Below, in pieces: positions 1-9,353 of a stretch of 55,254 bases of DNA (positions are counted from its first letter, which is position 1; each line of letters opens with the position of its first letter). Below the pieces are notes generated by a model that worked only from the letters and a program-made list of their open reading frames with translations, was not told where the DNA came from and made no database searches. A program made the translations under genes and the position numbers. This DNA is from Anaerolineae bacterium. GTDB taxonomy: Bacteria; Chloroflexota; Anaerolineae; Anaerolineales; Villigracilaceae. The stretch lies in NCBI GenBank assembly GCA_041487615.1, contig JBGPNQ010000001.1, positions 1 to 55,254 on the forward strand, given 5' to 3'.

Positions 1-766
1 CATCGTGGCTAAGGAAGTTGTTGAAAGCCATATCTTCAGCATGCCTTTGCGCGAATGCAGCGATCTGTGTGTTGGAAATCAAGGTTTGCAAACCAGCGTT
101 TGCCCGCGCTGCGTTAATCAAGGATAGGATCTCACTTACATATTTCGCATTTTGACTTTGGATGCAATTTCCGGATGGCGCCGGGTTTGCTTCCGAGGCG
201 GTAGGAATCATGGCGTAAGTGCCAACGATGAATCTGACCCAGAATGTTTTTTGCGTGCCGATCGAAATGACCTCGCCATTTGAGTTGAGTAGTGTAAAGT
301 AACCCGCGTACTTTCCCTCGGCTGTCGGTGCGGTCAACTCCACTGAGACCTGGACTTTGCCGTTCGGAGGCGTATCCGCTATCGGCGTGGAAAGAGGCGC
401 GTTCATTGGGTCGCCCGCTGAAAATTTCATTGTGGTATCCAGCCATGGACAAGTTCCGGTATTTTGGAATTCCCACGTCTTTGTAAATTTTTCTCCAGCA
501 TTCATATGGGTATCATCCTGAATGGTGACATCGCGCAAAAGGATCGCCGCATTCGTGCATATTGCAAGGGGAGTCACTCCAGAGATGGGAGTCATTGTTT
601 CAGATGGAACAATTGATGAAGTGGGAATCAAATTGATCTGCGTGGGCGCCAATGTGGCAGTTACAAAATTTGGTTGAGTCGCAGGAGTGTTTGAAACCTC
701 TTTGATGGAGATGCAGGAGGTGAGAAGAATCGAAATCAAGATTGCGGCAAGGAATTTCTTCGCCAC
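1..766 (-). CDS. Lipoprotein with NBR1-Ig-like domain and C-terminal CAP (SCP) domain; runs off the left edge
   Basis: Not in the ORF track; read manually from GTG at 766: MAKKFLAAILISILLTSC (lipobox) ... DVTIQDDTHMNAGEKFTKTWEFQNTGTCPW (NBR1-like) ... ILSLINAARANAGL...AQRHAEDMAFNNFLSHD (CAP). Confidence 0.8.
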   Translation of the reverse strand, partial: MAKKFLAAILISILLTSCISIKEVSNTPATQPNFVTATLAPTQINLIPTSSIVPSETMTPISGVTPLAICTNAAILLRDVTIQDDTHMNAGEKFTKTWEFQNTGTCPWLDTTMKFSAGDPMNAPLSTPIADTPPNGKVQVSVELTAPTAEGKYAGYFTLLNSNGEVISIGTQKTFWVRFIVGTYAMIPTASEANPAPSGNCIQSQNAKYVSEILSLINAARANAGLQTLISNTQIAAFAQRHAEDMAFNNFLSHD

Positions 767-834
767 GTTTTGCTCACATAGTGTATGAAAAGGAAACAGG
801 CAAAGTTTCCTTTGCCTATTCTCGTCCTTTGGGT

Positions 835-2283
835 TCATTTACCTGGTGGTGACCATGTCAATGTCCAGGGTCCATGAAGCGGAACTGTTTCCATTGAGGT
901 CAATTCCACCGTAAGTTGACCAGTTGGAAGTGGTGGCGAATAAACAAGTTTCTCTGAATACTCAACAATTGTTTTTCCGTTGCGCAACTCACCACTATGC
1001 TGCTTAGGGGTAGGACCTATCAGGTTGAACATGGGCGATGTACCTTCCGGCACATCCGTACCGGAGTGATATTTGAAGAGATAACCATTTTCGATCATCT
1101 CTACTGAATCCATCACATACTCATAATTACCCAACTGGACAGGAAGATTCAAGTCCCACTTCTGCCCCGTTTGCGGATTGGCTCCTGCATCAACATTAAA
1201 TTCAAACGTATAAAACTTCGCAATGTTGACTTGGTCCAATGTAATCTTCAAAGGTCCGAGTACAGGCTTCGCGACCTCGAACGCCCAATAACGAACTCCC
1301 GAGCCCATTGGAGGTTTCACATCTGTACGCACCTTGAAGGCGACAGGGTTACCAGCGCCATCTTCGATACGCGGCAAACTTTCATAAGGATCACTGCTTA
1401 CTTCCAGGGCTCCTGGCAAATCTCCTGCATCGGTGAAGTTGCCAACCAAAATATATGAATTTGGCAATTCAATCACCTTTTCAAGATATAGACCAGAGCC
1501 ATTCGAAACAGGCGTTGACGTAGGGGGAAGCGTATCAGGCGACTCAGGTGTAAAGATCCGCATGTCGGTTGTGGGTGATGGTGAAACAACAAACTTTGGG
1601 TTTGAGGCGACGAAGGTCGCACCGATTTCTACCGCTGGAGTCGCATAATCTTTCGGAGCCGGAGATAAATGAATTTGAACCTGCCAATTTTCGGGTCCCT
1701 TCCCAATTGGCAGGATGCATGGAAATACAAACACGATGTCTTCAACATCCGCAGGCACGGGAGCATAGCTCATCTGAGCTTGATAACTCATCGGAAAACC
1801 GTTTTCTGAACCCATGCCTCCAATATTCGCATCTCTCAAAGCCTTCAATTCAGTCCCGTTCGGCAGGCGCATCGTCGGGGACAATCCGCAAGTTGGAAAA
1901 CCATCCATCCTTGCAGGGATGCCATTTACACGATAGACTACAAGCGTCTGCGTCGCATCTGCAACAACCTTCAATACCGTTATCGTGAGATCCTCTTGCT
2001 TTACTTTGATCGGCGCTTGTAATACGCGGACCGGCACGCTCTGGTCTATCAAGCCAATGCCAGGAACATAACCAAGCAAGCGTCCCAGTGCGTACACCAC
2101 AGTGGTGAGGATCAACAGGGCAAGTAGGACGAAAACAATCGATGCAACCGGTCTTGCTCGCATGGTAGTCATCAAAGATTTCCTTTCGAGTCGCGCTGAG
2201 ATGCGCGGCATCAAATCAATTTGATCGGAAATAGTATCAGCGGCAGTGTCATCCAATACCTCGAAATAAGTTCTATTGTTCAT
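835..2283 (-). CDS. Putative anti-sigma factor (single TM, DUF4179-like extracellular region)
   Basis: Overlaps the ECF sigma stop; short N-terminal region (DLMPRISARL), one TM helix, large extracellular part; paralogous to 3048..4430. Confidence 0.7.
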   Translation of the reverse strand: MNNRTYFEVLDDTAADTISDQIDLMPRISARLERKSLMTTMRARPVASIVFVLLALLILTTVVYALGRLLGYVPGIGLIDQSVPVRVLQAPIKVKQEDLTITVLKVVADATQTLVVYRVNGIPARMDGFPTCGLSPTMRLPNGTELKALRDANIGGMGSENGFPMSYQAQMSYAPVPADVEDIVFVFPCILPIGKGPENWQVQIHLSPAPKDYATPAVEIGATFVASNPKFVVSPSPTTDMRIFTPESPDTLPPTSTPVSNGSGLYLEKVIELPNSYILVGNFTDAGDLPGALEVSSDPYESLPRIEDGAGNPVAFKVRTDVKPPMGSGVRYWAFEVAKPVLGPLKITLDQVNIAKFYTFEFNVDAGANPQTGQKWDLNLPVQLGNYEYVMDSVEMIENGYLFKYHSGTDVPEGTSPMFNLIGPTPKQHSGELRNGKTIVEYSEKLVYSPPLPTGQLTVELTSMETVPLHGPWTLTWSPPGK

Positions 2284-2827
2284 CGTGCCTCCCGCGCCCC
2301 AGCAAATCGCGGAGTCTGTTTCGAGCCGCGTGCAAAAGCCATTTAACGGTACCCGGCGCGGTGTCCAGTCCGAGCGCCATTTCCCTCTCGCTCATATCCA
2401 GGTAATATCTCTGCACGATCACGGCGCGTTCGCGCGCTGGCAGTTGTTTCAAAGCCTCCATGATCCCGTTTCGCAATTCCCAATACTCCACCTGCGTTTC
2501 CACAGAAGCCGCTTCAGAGATCAGCCCTTCAAGGACATCAACATTACTTTCCATTGAAACAAAGCGCCTGTCATTCCGGCAGGCATTCAACGCGGCATTG
2601 ACCACACTGCGCATGAGATATGGTTCAAAGGGGCGCTTCTCATCAAACCGGCTGGAATTCTGAAAGATGCGGACCAACGTCTCCTGAACCACATCCTCCG
2701 CCCGAGCCTGATCCTGTGTGACAAGGAACGCGGCACGCGTAGCCTTGACCTGATAGCGCGCAACGAAATATTCCAACCCGCCAATTTCCCCCCGTTTCAA
2801 CCGGCGGACGGCTTCTACTTCATCCAT
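2273..2827 (-). CDS. ECF sigma-70 family RNA polymerase sigma factor
   Basis: Region 2 AEDVVQET...FEPYL and region 4 LPARERAVIVQRYY...GTVKWLLHAAR. Confidence 0.93.
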   Translation of the reverse strand: MDEVEAVRRLKRGEIGGLEYFVARYQVKATRAAFLVTQDQARAEDVVQETLVRIFQNSSRFDEKRPFEPYLMRSVVNAALNACRNDRRFVSMESNVDVLEGLISEAASVETQVEYWELRNGIMEALKQLPARERAVIVQRYYLDMSEREMALGLDTAPGTVKWLLHAARNRLRDLLGRGRHDEQ

Positions 2828-2860
2828 AAAGTTCTCACGGTTTGTATTTCCTCACATCTT

Positions 2861-2889
2861 ATATACACAATCATAAGGGAAAAGGTTGG
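2861..2889 (-). promoter_or_regulatory. Putative ECF-dependent promoter, copy 1
   Basis: Minus strand CCAACCTTTTCCCTTATGATTGTGTATAT; 23/29 identical to 4989..5017. Confidence 0.6.
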
Positions 2890-3010
2890 AAACGACACAA
2901 AGGATTAATGACTGCTTATTGTGCAGTCAGGAGACTGATATTTCAGTGGCAGAGTTTATCTCGCGGGCAAAGGATCGGGGCGATAGAAAAGCGGCAGAGT
3001 TGTAAAAATG

Positions 3011-3042
3011 AACAGGCGGAGAGGTTGCTCTCCGCCTGTGTT
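3011..3042. terminator. Hairpin terminator after anti-sigma 2
   Basis: ACAGGCGGAGAG-GTTG-CTCTCCGCCTGT inverted repeat next to the stop at 3048. Confidence 0.7.
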
Positions 3043-3047
3043 TTGTT

Positions 3048-4430
3048 CTACGGTTGCCAGGTTGTCTGCCAGGGTTGCCGCACGACAATATCCAAACTGG
3101 TCACGGAAATATGGATTACCCCGGGCGGAAGATCACTTTGATAATAAACAGTGGCAATGAATGGAGCCTTTTCAGGCTCACCGATTGCACCTCCGCCACC
3201 GCCCGCCCCAATCGTATTTTGCAAATCAAATAAACCGGCTCCAAAAACACGATCATCCGATGACAGTTGAAACTCAAGTCTGTTGCCGCTTGTATCATAC
3301 AACCAGGTTGCCGAGTCGATATGCAATACGTGATCTTCAACCGGAACATCCAGATCCATCGCCCAGGTTTGACCTCTTTGCGGAGCGGCGCCCAGGTCGA
3401 GATCAAATGTGGCATCGGTAACCAGGGTAAAAGTGTAGCCATCAACAACCAGAGTGAGCGGCAAAGCGGAGGGCTTCTCAACGGATTGAAATGCCCATCG
3501 GTTTTGCGATTCAGATACCGGTCTGGATTGGGGCGGCGCCCAATCCAATGGAATCACACGCCCGGTGGCGTCCAATAAATGCGCTGAATAAGGTGACACG
3601 CTGTAGTATTGAATTTTAGGATCGGTCCAATTGGAGTTTCCTTCAAATACATAACCGGAATCCAATTCAATCACCTGCTCAAGCGCAAACGAAATATCGT
3701 AAGTGGTCACGGGCATTGTTGCCTGCTCGGTTGAGATTATAGGAACAGGCGTTTCTGTCGCTGTTGGGATTTCATATACCGGAGCCAACGGAGTTCCGTC
3801 CCACGGCACAAAATGCAAATCAAATTCCCAATCCCGTGGCAATGATCCGGGCACAAATGCCCGCAAACAGGGGATGACAAACCTGGCATTGTTCAGACCA
3901 GCAGGCAACGTCGGAAATTCCATGCGGACCCAGTAACCATGATCGATAACGCCTTTTCCGTCAGCGGTGCCGACGCCCTCGCCAATCCTTGTGCCATCCT
4001 GAGTCAATAATGTTGGCGTGCGCATGCAACTTGTATCGAACTCACCGTCTTGCGGTGGCTGTGCAAGCCATTCCACCTGATAACGAATCACCGTACGCGA
4101 ATCGTCCACTGCGGCTTCGGTCACCGTTACACCGAAGCCATCCCGTTCCAGGACAACAGGTTTATCCAACATGCGCAATGATGAAGTTTCAACAACGCCA
4201 AGCGCAGGGCTGAATCCAAGTGACCGGCTGATGGCATATACGACCCCACTTGCGATCAAAAGGATAATCAGCGTCAATAAAATCGCAGCCAGGGGGCGCC
4301 TGCGAAGAGCATTCATGAGAGACATCCGTTTCTCGAGCCGCGCTTCCATACGCGGCCACAAATTGGTATTCTCCGGAACACCGCGGCGAGCGATCTGTTC
4401 AAGCGCATCTTTCATGCGGCTGTCATTCAT
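3048..4430 (-). CDS. Putative anti-sigma factor (single TM, DUF4179-like)
   Basis: NLWPRMEARL, TM helix, VTVTEAAVDDSRTVIRY; start overlaps the sigma stop. Confidence 0.7.
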   Translation of the reverse strand: MNDSRMKDALEQIARRGVPENTNLWPRMEARLEKRMSLMNALRRRPLAAILLTLIILLIASGVVYAISRSLGFSPALGVVETSSLRMLDKPVVLERDGFGVTVTEAAVDDSRTVIRYQVEWLAQPPQDGEFDTSCMRTPTLLTQDGTRIGEGVGTADGKGVIDHGYWVRMEFPTLPAGLNNARFVIPCLRAFVPGSLPRDWEFDLHFVPWDGTPLAPVYEIPTATETPVPIISTEQATMPVTTYDISFALEQVIELDSGYVFEGNSNWTDPKIQYYSVSPYSAHLLDATGRVIPLDWAPPQSRPVSESQNRWAFQSVEKPSALPLTLVVDGYTFTLVTDATFDLDLGAAPQRGQTWAMDLDVPVEDHVLHIDSATWLYDTSGNRLEFQLSSDDRVFGAGLFDLQNTIGAGGGGGAIGEPEKAPFIATVYYQSDLPPGVIHISVTSLDIVVRQPWQTTWQP

Positions 4431-4975
4431 CTCTCGCTCCTTCCCAGCATGATGCGTAATCGTTCACGCGCCGTGTTCAGCATCCATTTCACGGTTCCAA
4501 CCGCCGAGCCTGAATCTTGCGCCATTTCCTTTTCGCTCATCCCCAGGAAATATCTTTGCACGATCACGGCTCTCTGCCTCGGCGACAATTTCTGCAATAC
4601 ATCCCAGATTTGATTTTGTAATTCGATGGACTCAACCTGCGCCTCAACCGACTCAACCCGCTCGACCAGCTGCAAAAACAATTCATCCGCCTCATCTCCC
4701 ACCTGCACCTGCCGCGCCGATTTTTGCATGATCTTCACCGAAGCATTGACCACACTTCTGAGGAACCACGGCTCGAACGAACGTGTTTCGTCAAAGCTGC
4801 GTATGGCGTGAAACGCCTGAATGAACGACTCCTGCACGATGTCCTCAGTCAGCCCAGGGTCGCGTGTGATCAAATACGCTGTGCGCACAGCCTTCACTTG
4901 ATGCCGCGCAACCAGGAACTCCAGTCCGCTGATATCACCTGTTTTAAGTCGTTGAATGGCTTGTTTCTCGTCCAT
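4427..4975 (-). CDS. ECF sigma-70 family RNA polymerase sigma factor
   Basis: Start reassigned to ATG at 4975 (MDEKQAIQRL) to match the paralog's MDEVEAVRRL; region 2 and region 4 motifs present. Confidence 0.93.
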   Translation of the reverse strand: MDEKQAIQRLKTGDISGLEFLVARHQVKAVRTAYLITRDPGLTEDIVQESFIQAFHAIRSFDETRSFEPWFLRSVVNASVKIMQKSARQVQVGDEADELFLQLVERVESVEAQVESIELQNQIWDVLQKLSPRQRAVIVQRYFLGMSEKEMAQDSGSAVGTVKWMLNTARERLRIMLGRSER

Positions 4976-4988
4976 TGTCACCCAATAG

Positions 4989-5017
4989 ATATATCCGATC
5001 ATACTTGAAAAGGTTGG
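4989..5017 (-). promoter_or_regulatory. Putative ECF-dependent promoter, copy 2
   Basis: Minus strand CCAACCTTTTCAAGTATGATCGGATATAT, ending 13 nt before the ATG. Confidence 0.6.
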
Positions 5018-5083
5018 GCATAATTGCCTGAAACGCCTAAACACATGGATTGTCAAGTGAACGGCAGCGTTGTAAAATATTGC

Positions 5084-5124
5084 CAGACCGTGGACGACAG
5101 GGAAAACAGATCGTCTACGGTCTA
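5084..5124. repeat. Heptamer-array hairpin (TGGACSA / TSGTCTA type), empty form
   Basis: CAGACCG TGGACGA ... TCGTCTA CGGTCTA; same unit as at 33296, 33765 and 51949. Confidence 0.55.
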
Positions 5125-5129
5125 TTTTG

Positions 5130-5159
5130 TTGACGATTCAAGCGCCTTCATGGTATTAT
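5130..5159 (+). promoter_or_regulatory. Sigma-70 promoter of infC-rpmI-rplT
   Basis: TTGACG-N18-TATTAT with TG extended -10. Confidence 0.65.
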
Positions 5160-5216
5160 CTGTCCGCTAAAAAACCAGCCACGGGCTGGTCAACTGTTTT
5201 GAAATAGGAGAAACTT

Positions 5217-5795
5217 ATCAGCACTTCAGAATTTCGAGTTAATGAGGGTATCCGCGTCGCGGAAGTCCGCCTGATCGGGCCAGATGGTGGCAATGTCGGT
5301 GTTGTGCCGATACGCCAGGCTCTCCAGATTGCACGCGACGCCGAGTTGGATCTTGTCGAAGTCTCGCCGAATGCAAACCCGCCTGTCTGCCGTGTGATCG
5401 ATTACGGCAAGTTCATTTATGAACGGTCAAAGAAGGATCGTGAGGCGAAAAAGTCCCAGACCAAGATCGAAGTCAAGGAAATCCGACTGCGCCCAAAGAC
5501 AAACGAGGCACACCGCGGTTTCAAGGTGGACGACGCCCGTCGCTGGTTACTCCAGGGACATAAGGTGCGCGTTACGATCAAGTTCCGCGGCCGCGAAATG
5601 GATTACCCCGAGATCGCTCTCGAAGATTTGAAGGAGATCGCAACTGCTCTGGCTGATGTCGCCTCCATCGAAGTTCCCCCGCAGATGGAAGGACGCACCA
5701 TGCTCGTGGTGATGGCTCCAAACAAAGGCACAGCGAAAAAGAAAGAGAAGGGCGAGCAGGCTCCGGCTGAGACGGAAGCGCAAGCGTCCGAATAG
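5217..5795 (+). CDS. infC: Translation initiation factor IF-3
   Basis: FRVNEGIRVAEVRLIG...LDLVEVSPNANPPVCRVIDYGK...EIRLRP; non-canonical ATC start at 5217, 6 nt after AGGAG and in frame with the 5304 ORF. Confidence 0.95.
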   Translation: MSTSEFRVNEGIRVAEVRLIGPDGGNVGVVPIRQALQIARDAELDLVEVSPNANPPVCRVIDYGKFIYERSKKDREAKKSQTKIEVKEIRLRPKTNEAHRGFKVDDARRWLLQGHKVRVTIKFRGREMDYPEIALEDLKEIATALADVASIEVPPQMEGRTMLVVMAPNKGTAKKKEKGEQAPAETEAQASE

Positions 5796-5890
5796 CGCAT
5801 GTAAGTCCCAAAGATGTTGATCGTCCGCGGGTTGGAGTAAGTCCCGCGGTTTTAATTTGTCTGAAATCTGTTCGAAAGGAGTAATCGGCA

Positions 5891-6121
5891 ATGCCTCGTA
5901 AAGCAAAGGCTGGCGGCAAAACCAAACTGAAGACCCACAAGGCGACGTCCAAGCGTTTTCGCCTGACCGGCTCCGGTAAAGTAGTCCGCACCAAAGGCGG
6001 CAAGAGTCACTTGCGCCGACACACGTCAAAGCGCGCCAAGGCGCAGTTGAGTGAAATGCAAACAGTAAAGGGCAGCAAGATCATCAAGCGCGTCAAGCGC
6101 CTTGCGCCCAACATGGAGTAA
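5891..6121 (+). CDS. rpmI: 50S ribosomal protein L35
   Basis: [19 protein letters not shown]; lies between infC and rplT. Confidence 0.95.
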   Translation: MPRKAKAGGKTKLKTHKATSKRFRLTGSGKVVRTKGGKSHLRRHTSKRAKAQLSEMQTVKGSKIIKRVKRLAPNME

Positions 6122-6132
6122 AAGCCGTATCA

Positions 6133-6194
6133 GCCACAGAGTGCACTGAGAACATTAAGAATCTCTTTCTCAAAGTCTCTGTGATCTCAGTGGC
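6133..6194. repeat. Palindromic intergenic repeat (CACAGAG...CTCTGTG family)
   Basis: GCCACAGAGTGCACTGAGA...TCTCTGTGATCTCAGTGGC; looser relatives at 14104..14169 and 37195..37260. Confidence 0.6.
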
Positions 6195-6303
6195 AAAGAA
6201 ACGGTTCCAATCGTATCCAACATTTATTTGCGGCTTTCGGGTGTATGCAACTGGTACGCTGACGCAGCCTACCGACGCCCGCGAGTTTGCAGGAGGCAAA
6301 CCA

Positions 6304-6645
6304 ATGCGTGTTAAGGGAGGCCCGCAAGGGCATCTACGTCACAAACGAATTTTGAAGATCACAAAAGGACAGCGCGGCGCGAAGCATCGTCTGTTCAAGC
6401 GTGCGAATGAGGCCATGCTCAAGAGCCTCTGGTACGCGACCCGTGATCGCCGTGTGCGCAAGCGCGATCTTCGCAAGCTGTGGATCGCCCGCATCAACGC
6501 CGCGGCCCGCTTGAACGGAACCACCTACAGCAAGCTGGTGGCGGCTCTCAAGAAGGCAAACATCGAGCTCAATCGAAAGATGCTGGCAGATATCGCCGTC
6601 CGCGAACCGCAGACATTCGCTGCAGTCGTGGCAAAGACGAAATAA
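6304..6645 (+). CDS. rplT: 50S ribosomal protein L20
   Basis: MRVKGG...[23 protein letters not shown]...[10 protein letters not shown]; SD GGAGG at 6292. Confidence 0.96.
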   Translation: MRVKGGPQGHLRHKRILKITKGQRGAKHRLFKRANEAMLKSLWYATRDRRVRKRDLRKLWIARINAAARLNGTTYSKLVAALKKANIELNRKMLADIAVREPQTFAAVVAKTK

Positions 6646-6648
6646 TTT

Positions 6649-6680
6649 TTGTAGGGGCGACCGGCTGGTCGCCCCTACAA
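6649..6680. repeat. REP-like palindrome (GTAGGGGCG...CGCCCCTAC)
   Basis: TTGTAGGGGCGACCGGCTGGTCGCCCCTACAA directly after rplT; may also act as a terminator. Confidence 0.75.
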
Positions 6681-6791
6681 TATTTAACGGGGTAAAATCA
6701 TCACAACTTTCCATGGCAATTTTCAAATTATTTACAGTTGAGGATGTCGGCTCTTGGTCATCCAGTTTTTATCGAGCGAGGAGCAAATCTG

Positions 6792-7610
6792 ATGGAAAAA
6801 TCCTTATCGTTCTCCACAAAGTTATTGTTACTTGGGGCAGGTGGACTCGCGGTGGTGGCGGGTCCCATTTTATTTTTGTTTCCGACGCAAACGGCGACCT
6901 ATTTTGCCTGGACGATCAAACATCCATTGACACCCATCTTTATGGGCGCCAATTATGCCGGCGGTATAGGAGCCGTTTGGGCAATGTACACCAACCGCTG
7001 GTCAATCGCGCGCATCCTCTTGCCAGGTGTTTTCACGTTTGCAATAACGCAACTGCTGGCAACTCTTTTACATATTCCGATCTTCAATTGGCATCATCCC
7101 GTTGCGTGGGCATGGCTGTTCGTTTACGTCACCAGCCCAGTGGCAACTGCTCTCGTCTATTTGAGCATGGAACGCGGCTATCAGGCTCCTGAATCAAGGC
7201 AGCCGTTTCTCCCATCCATTTTCAATCGCGTGATGAGTACATTATCCATTGTTACAGGAATCATTGGCGTAGCTTTGATCCTTTGGCCCTTCCTGTTCAA
7301 GGCAGAAGGAACAAATAGCGCAGTCTCATGGTGGGCGTGGACTTTAACGCCGCTCACTGCACGTGTGGCAGGCGGGTGGTATCTGGCAGCATGCGTTTTA
7401 TATGCGACCCTCAACCGCGAACACGCACTGGACCGCATCAAATTGGGCTTATTCAGCTTGATTCTTGTCAATGGCTTGCAATTGATCGGCGCGTTTCTGT
7501 ATAGGGATTCATTCAATGGACCAACCCTGGCAGTGACCCTCTATCTGCTGATCTCTCTTGTCTCGTTCAGCTTCGCAATTTACATATGGCTGCGCGGTGC
7601 GCCCAAATAA
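6792..7610 (+). CDS. Multi-pass membrane protein of unknown function
   Basis: About 8 TM segments; FAWTIK and WTLTPLTARVAGGW motifs shared with 50345..51198; SD GAGGAG before ATG 6792. Confidence 0.8.
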   Translation: MEKSLSFSTKLLLLGAGGLAVVAGPILFLFPTQTATYFAWTIKHPLTPIFMGANYAGGIGAVWAMYTNRWSIARILLPGVFTFAITQLLATLLHIPIFNWHHPVAWAWLFVYVTSPVATALVYLSMERGYQAPESRQPFLPSIFNRVMSTLSIVTGIIGVALILWPFLFKAEGTNSAVSWWAWTLTPLTARVAGGWYLAACVLYATLNREHALDRIKLGLFSLILVNGLQLIGAFLYRDSFNGPTLAVTLYLLISLVSFSFAIYIWLRGAPK

Positions 7611-7699
7611 AACCTCTCTAAAATATTTAACGGGTAAAATAACATTTGTCGTTCTCAAACAAGCTGTCCTATACAATTTGATCCCGGAAAGTTGGAAAC

Positions 7700-7996
7700 A
7701 TGGAATATATGGAATTGGAAGTTTATTCCCAGTCGATCGATCGCGGCATCGTCAGGATGCAAAGTCAAAACTTTCCGGGGCTTGTCCTTCAGGGAGAGAC
7801 ATTATCCTCCCTTTTGAAGCTGGCGAAGGCAACTCACGAGAAATCGCAAAACACATCGGACATGGAATTGATCGATACATCCCGCGAACTGATGGAGAGC
7901 ATTCAAAAGCTGGTGTCGCATTATGAGGCGACTTTAGGCAAACACAATATTCCTCTACCCTACTCCACAGTACCCGCAAAATCCAGCACACCCTAA
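7700..7996 (+). CDS. Small hypothetical protein (DUF6959-like)
   Basis: IVRMQSQNFPGLVLQGETLSSL...YEATLGKHNIPLPY; family assignment from memory. Confidence 0.6.
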   Translation: MEYMELEVYSQSIDRGIVRMQSQNFPGLVLQGETLSSLLKLAKATHEKSQNTSDMELIDTSRELMESIQKLVSHYEATLGKHNIPLPYSTVPAKSSTP

Positions 7997-8010
7997 GCCG
8001 TATTCATTTT

Positions 8011-8571
8011 ATGAACACCCTTCTTATTGAAAAAAAACTTCTTTCGGATCAAACGATCCAGATCGTCAAGGGCGATATCACAATTGAAGAAGTGGATGCG
8101 ATTGTCAACGCTGCGAACGAGCGTTTACAGCATGGTGGCGGAGTAGCGTGGACGATCTCGAAACAAGGCGGATCGGCGATCCAAAGGGAATCGGATCTAT
8201 GGATCCGACAGCACGGACCTGTCTCCCACTCGCACCCCGCCTGGACCTCGGGCGGGCGCCTGCCTGCGAAATACGTGATCCATGCTGTGGGTCCTGTCTG
8301 GGGAGATGGTGACGAGGATACTAAACTTGAAGCGGCGACGACCGGTTCTCTGCGCCTGGCGGATGAGTTGAAGTGTTCTGAAATTGCGATGCCAGCCATT
8401 TCAACGGGCATTTTTGGCTTCCCAAAAGATCGCGCCGCCAGCATCATTTTTTCAGCCATCGAAGATTATTTTGAAGAAAACGCATCAAACATTAATGTTG
8501 TGAAGCTGGTTCTCTTTGACCAGGGTACTGTTGAGGCGTTCGTTAATGCGTGGCATGACAAATGGGGATGA
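8011..8571 (+). CDS. Macro domain protein (ADP-ribose binding / O-acetyl-ADP-ribose deacetylase type)
   Basis: GDIT...DAIVNAAN...GGGV...VIHAVGP...AMPAISTGIFGFP. Confidence 0.92.
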   Translation: MNTLLIEKKLLSDQTIQIVKGDITIEEVDAIVNAANERLQHGGGVAWTISKQGGSAIQRESDLWIRQHGPVSHSHPAWTSGGRLPAKYVIHAVGPVWGDGDEDTKLEAATTGSLRLADELKCSEIAMPAISTGIFGFPKDRAASIIFSAIEDYFEENASNINVVKLVLFDQGTVEAFVNAWHDKWG

Positions 8572-9353
8572 GAAGCGTGATCACCTCATCACAAAACTCG
8601 AAGATCAAACTGGTCCGTGGGCTGCTGGGACGTGCAAAAGAACGCCGCGAAGCGAACGCGTTCGTTGTGGAGGGTGTGAGGCTTGTGGATGAAGCAGTAA
8701 TTGGTAATTGGAGATTGAGGTTTGCGCTTTATGACGAGACATTAAGTGAACGGGGAAAGTCGCAGGTCGAAGGTCTAAGGTCGCGTGGCGTTGACGTGGA
8801 AATGGTTTCCGAACAATTGATGAAATCATTAAGTGAAACCGAAACTCCGCAGGGGATTCTTGCTGTACTCGACGCTAAACAATTACCAATTCCTGACTCC
8901 CCAGATTTTATCCTCATCCCCGACCAGGTCCGCGACCCCGGCAATCTCGGCACGCTACTCCGTTCCGCCGCCGCAACGGGAGTACAGGCTGTGCTGTTGC
9001 CGCCTGAAACAACAGACGCCTTTGCGCCAAAGGTCATCCGCTCGGGGATGGGGGCGCATTTTCGATTGCCGATTCATTCAATGACCTGGGATGAAATCAA
9101 GGTGCAAACAAAAGGCTTGCAAATCTATCTTGCAGACATGGACGGAATATCCTGCTGGGAAACGGATCTCCGTCAACCATCAGCCTTGATCGTCGGCGGC
9201 GAAGCAGAAGGGGCAAGCGAAACAGCGCGGAAACTGGCAACACAAAACATTTCCATCCCCATGGCTGGAAATGTTGAATCACTGAATGCGGGTGTGGCGG
9301 GGTCCGTGCTGATGTTTGAGGCGGTGAGACAAAGGAAATATGTCGCTGGTTGA
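8562..9353 (+). CDS. TrmH/SpoU family RNA methyltransferase
   Basis: DPGNLGTLLRSA, GGEAEG and ESLNAGVA SPOUT motifs. Confidence 0.92.
   Translation: MGMRSVITSSQNSKIKLVRGLLGRAKERREANAFVVEGVRLVDEAVIGNWRLRFALYDETLSERGKSQVEGLRSRGVDVEMVSEQLMKSLSETETPQGILAVLDAKQLPIPDSPDFILIPDQVRDPGNLGTLLRSAAATGVQAVLLPPETTDAFAPKVIRSGMGAHFRLPIHSMTWDEIKVQTKGLQIYLADMDGISCWETDLRQPSALIVGGEAEGASETARKLATQNISIPMAGNVESLNAGVAGSVLMFEAVRQRKYVAG

Noticed and set aside
132-476. 114-aa minus-strand ORF in the track
   Set aside because: Out-of-frame shadow of the NBR1/CAP lipoprotein gene (766 to the left edge).
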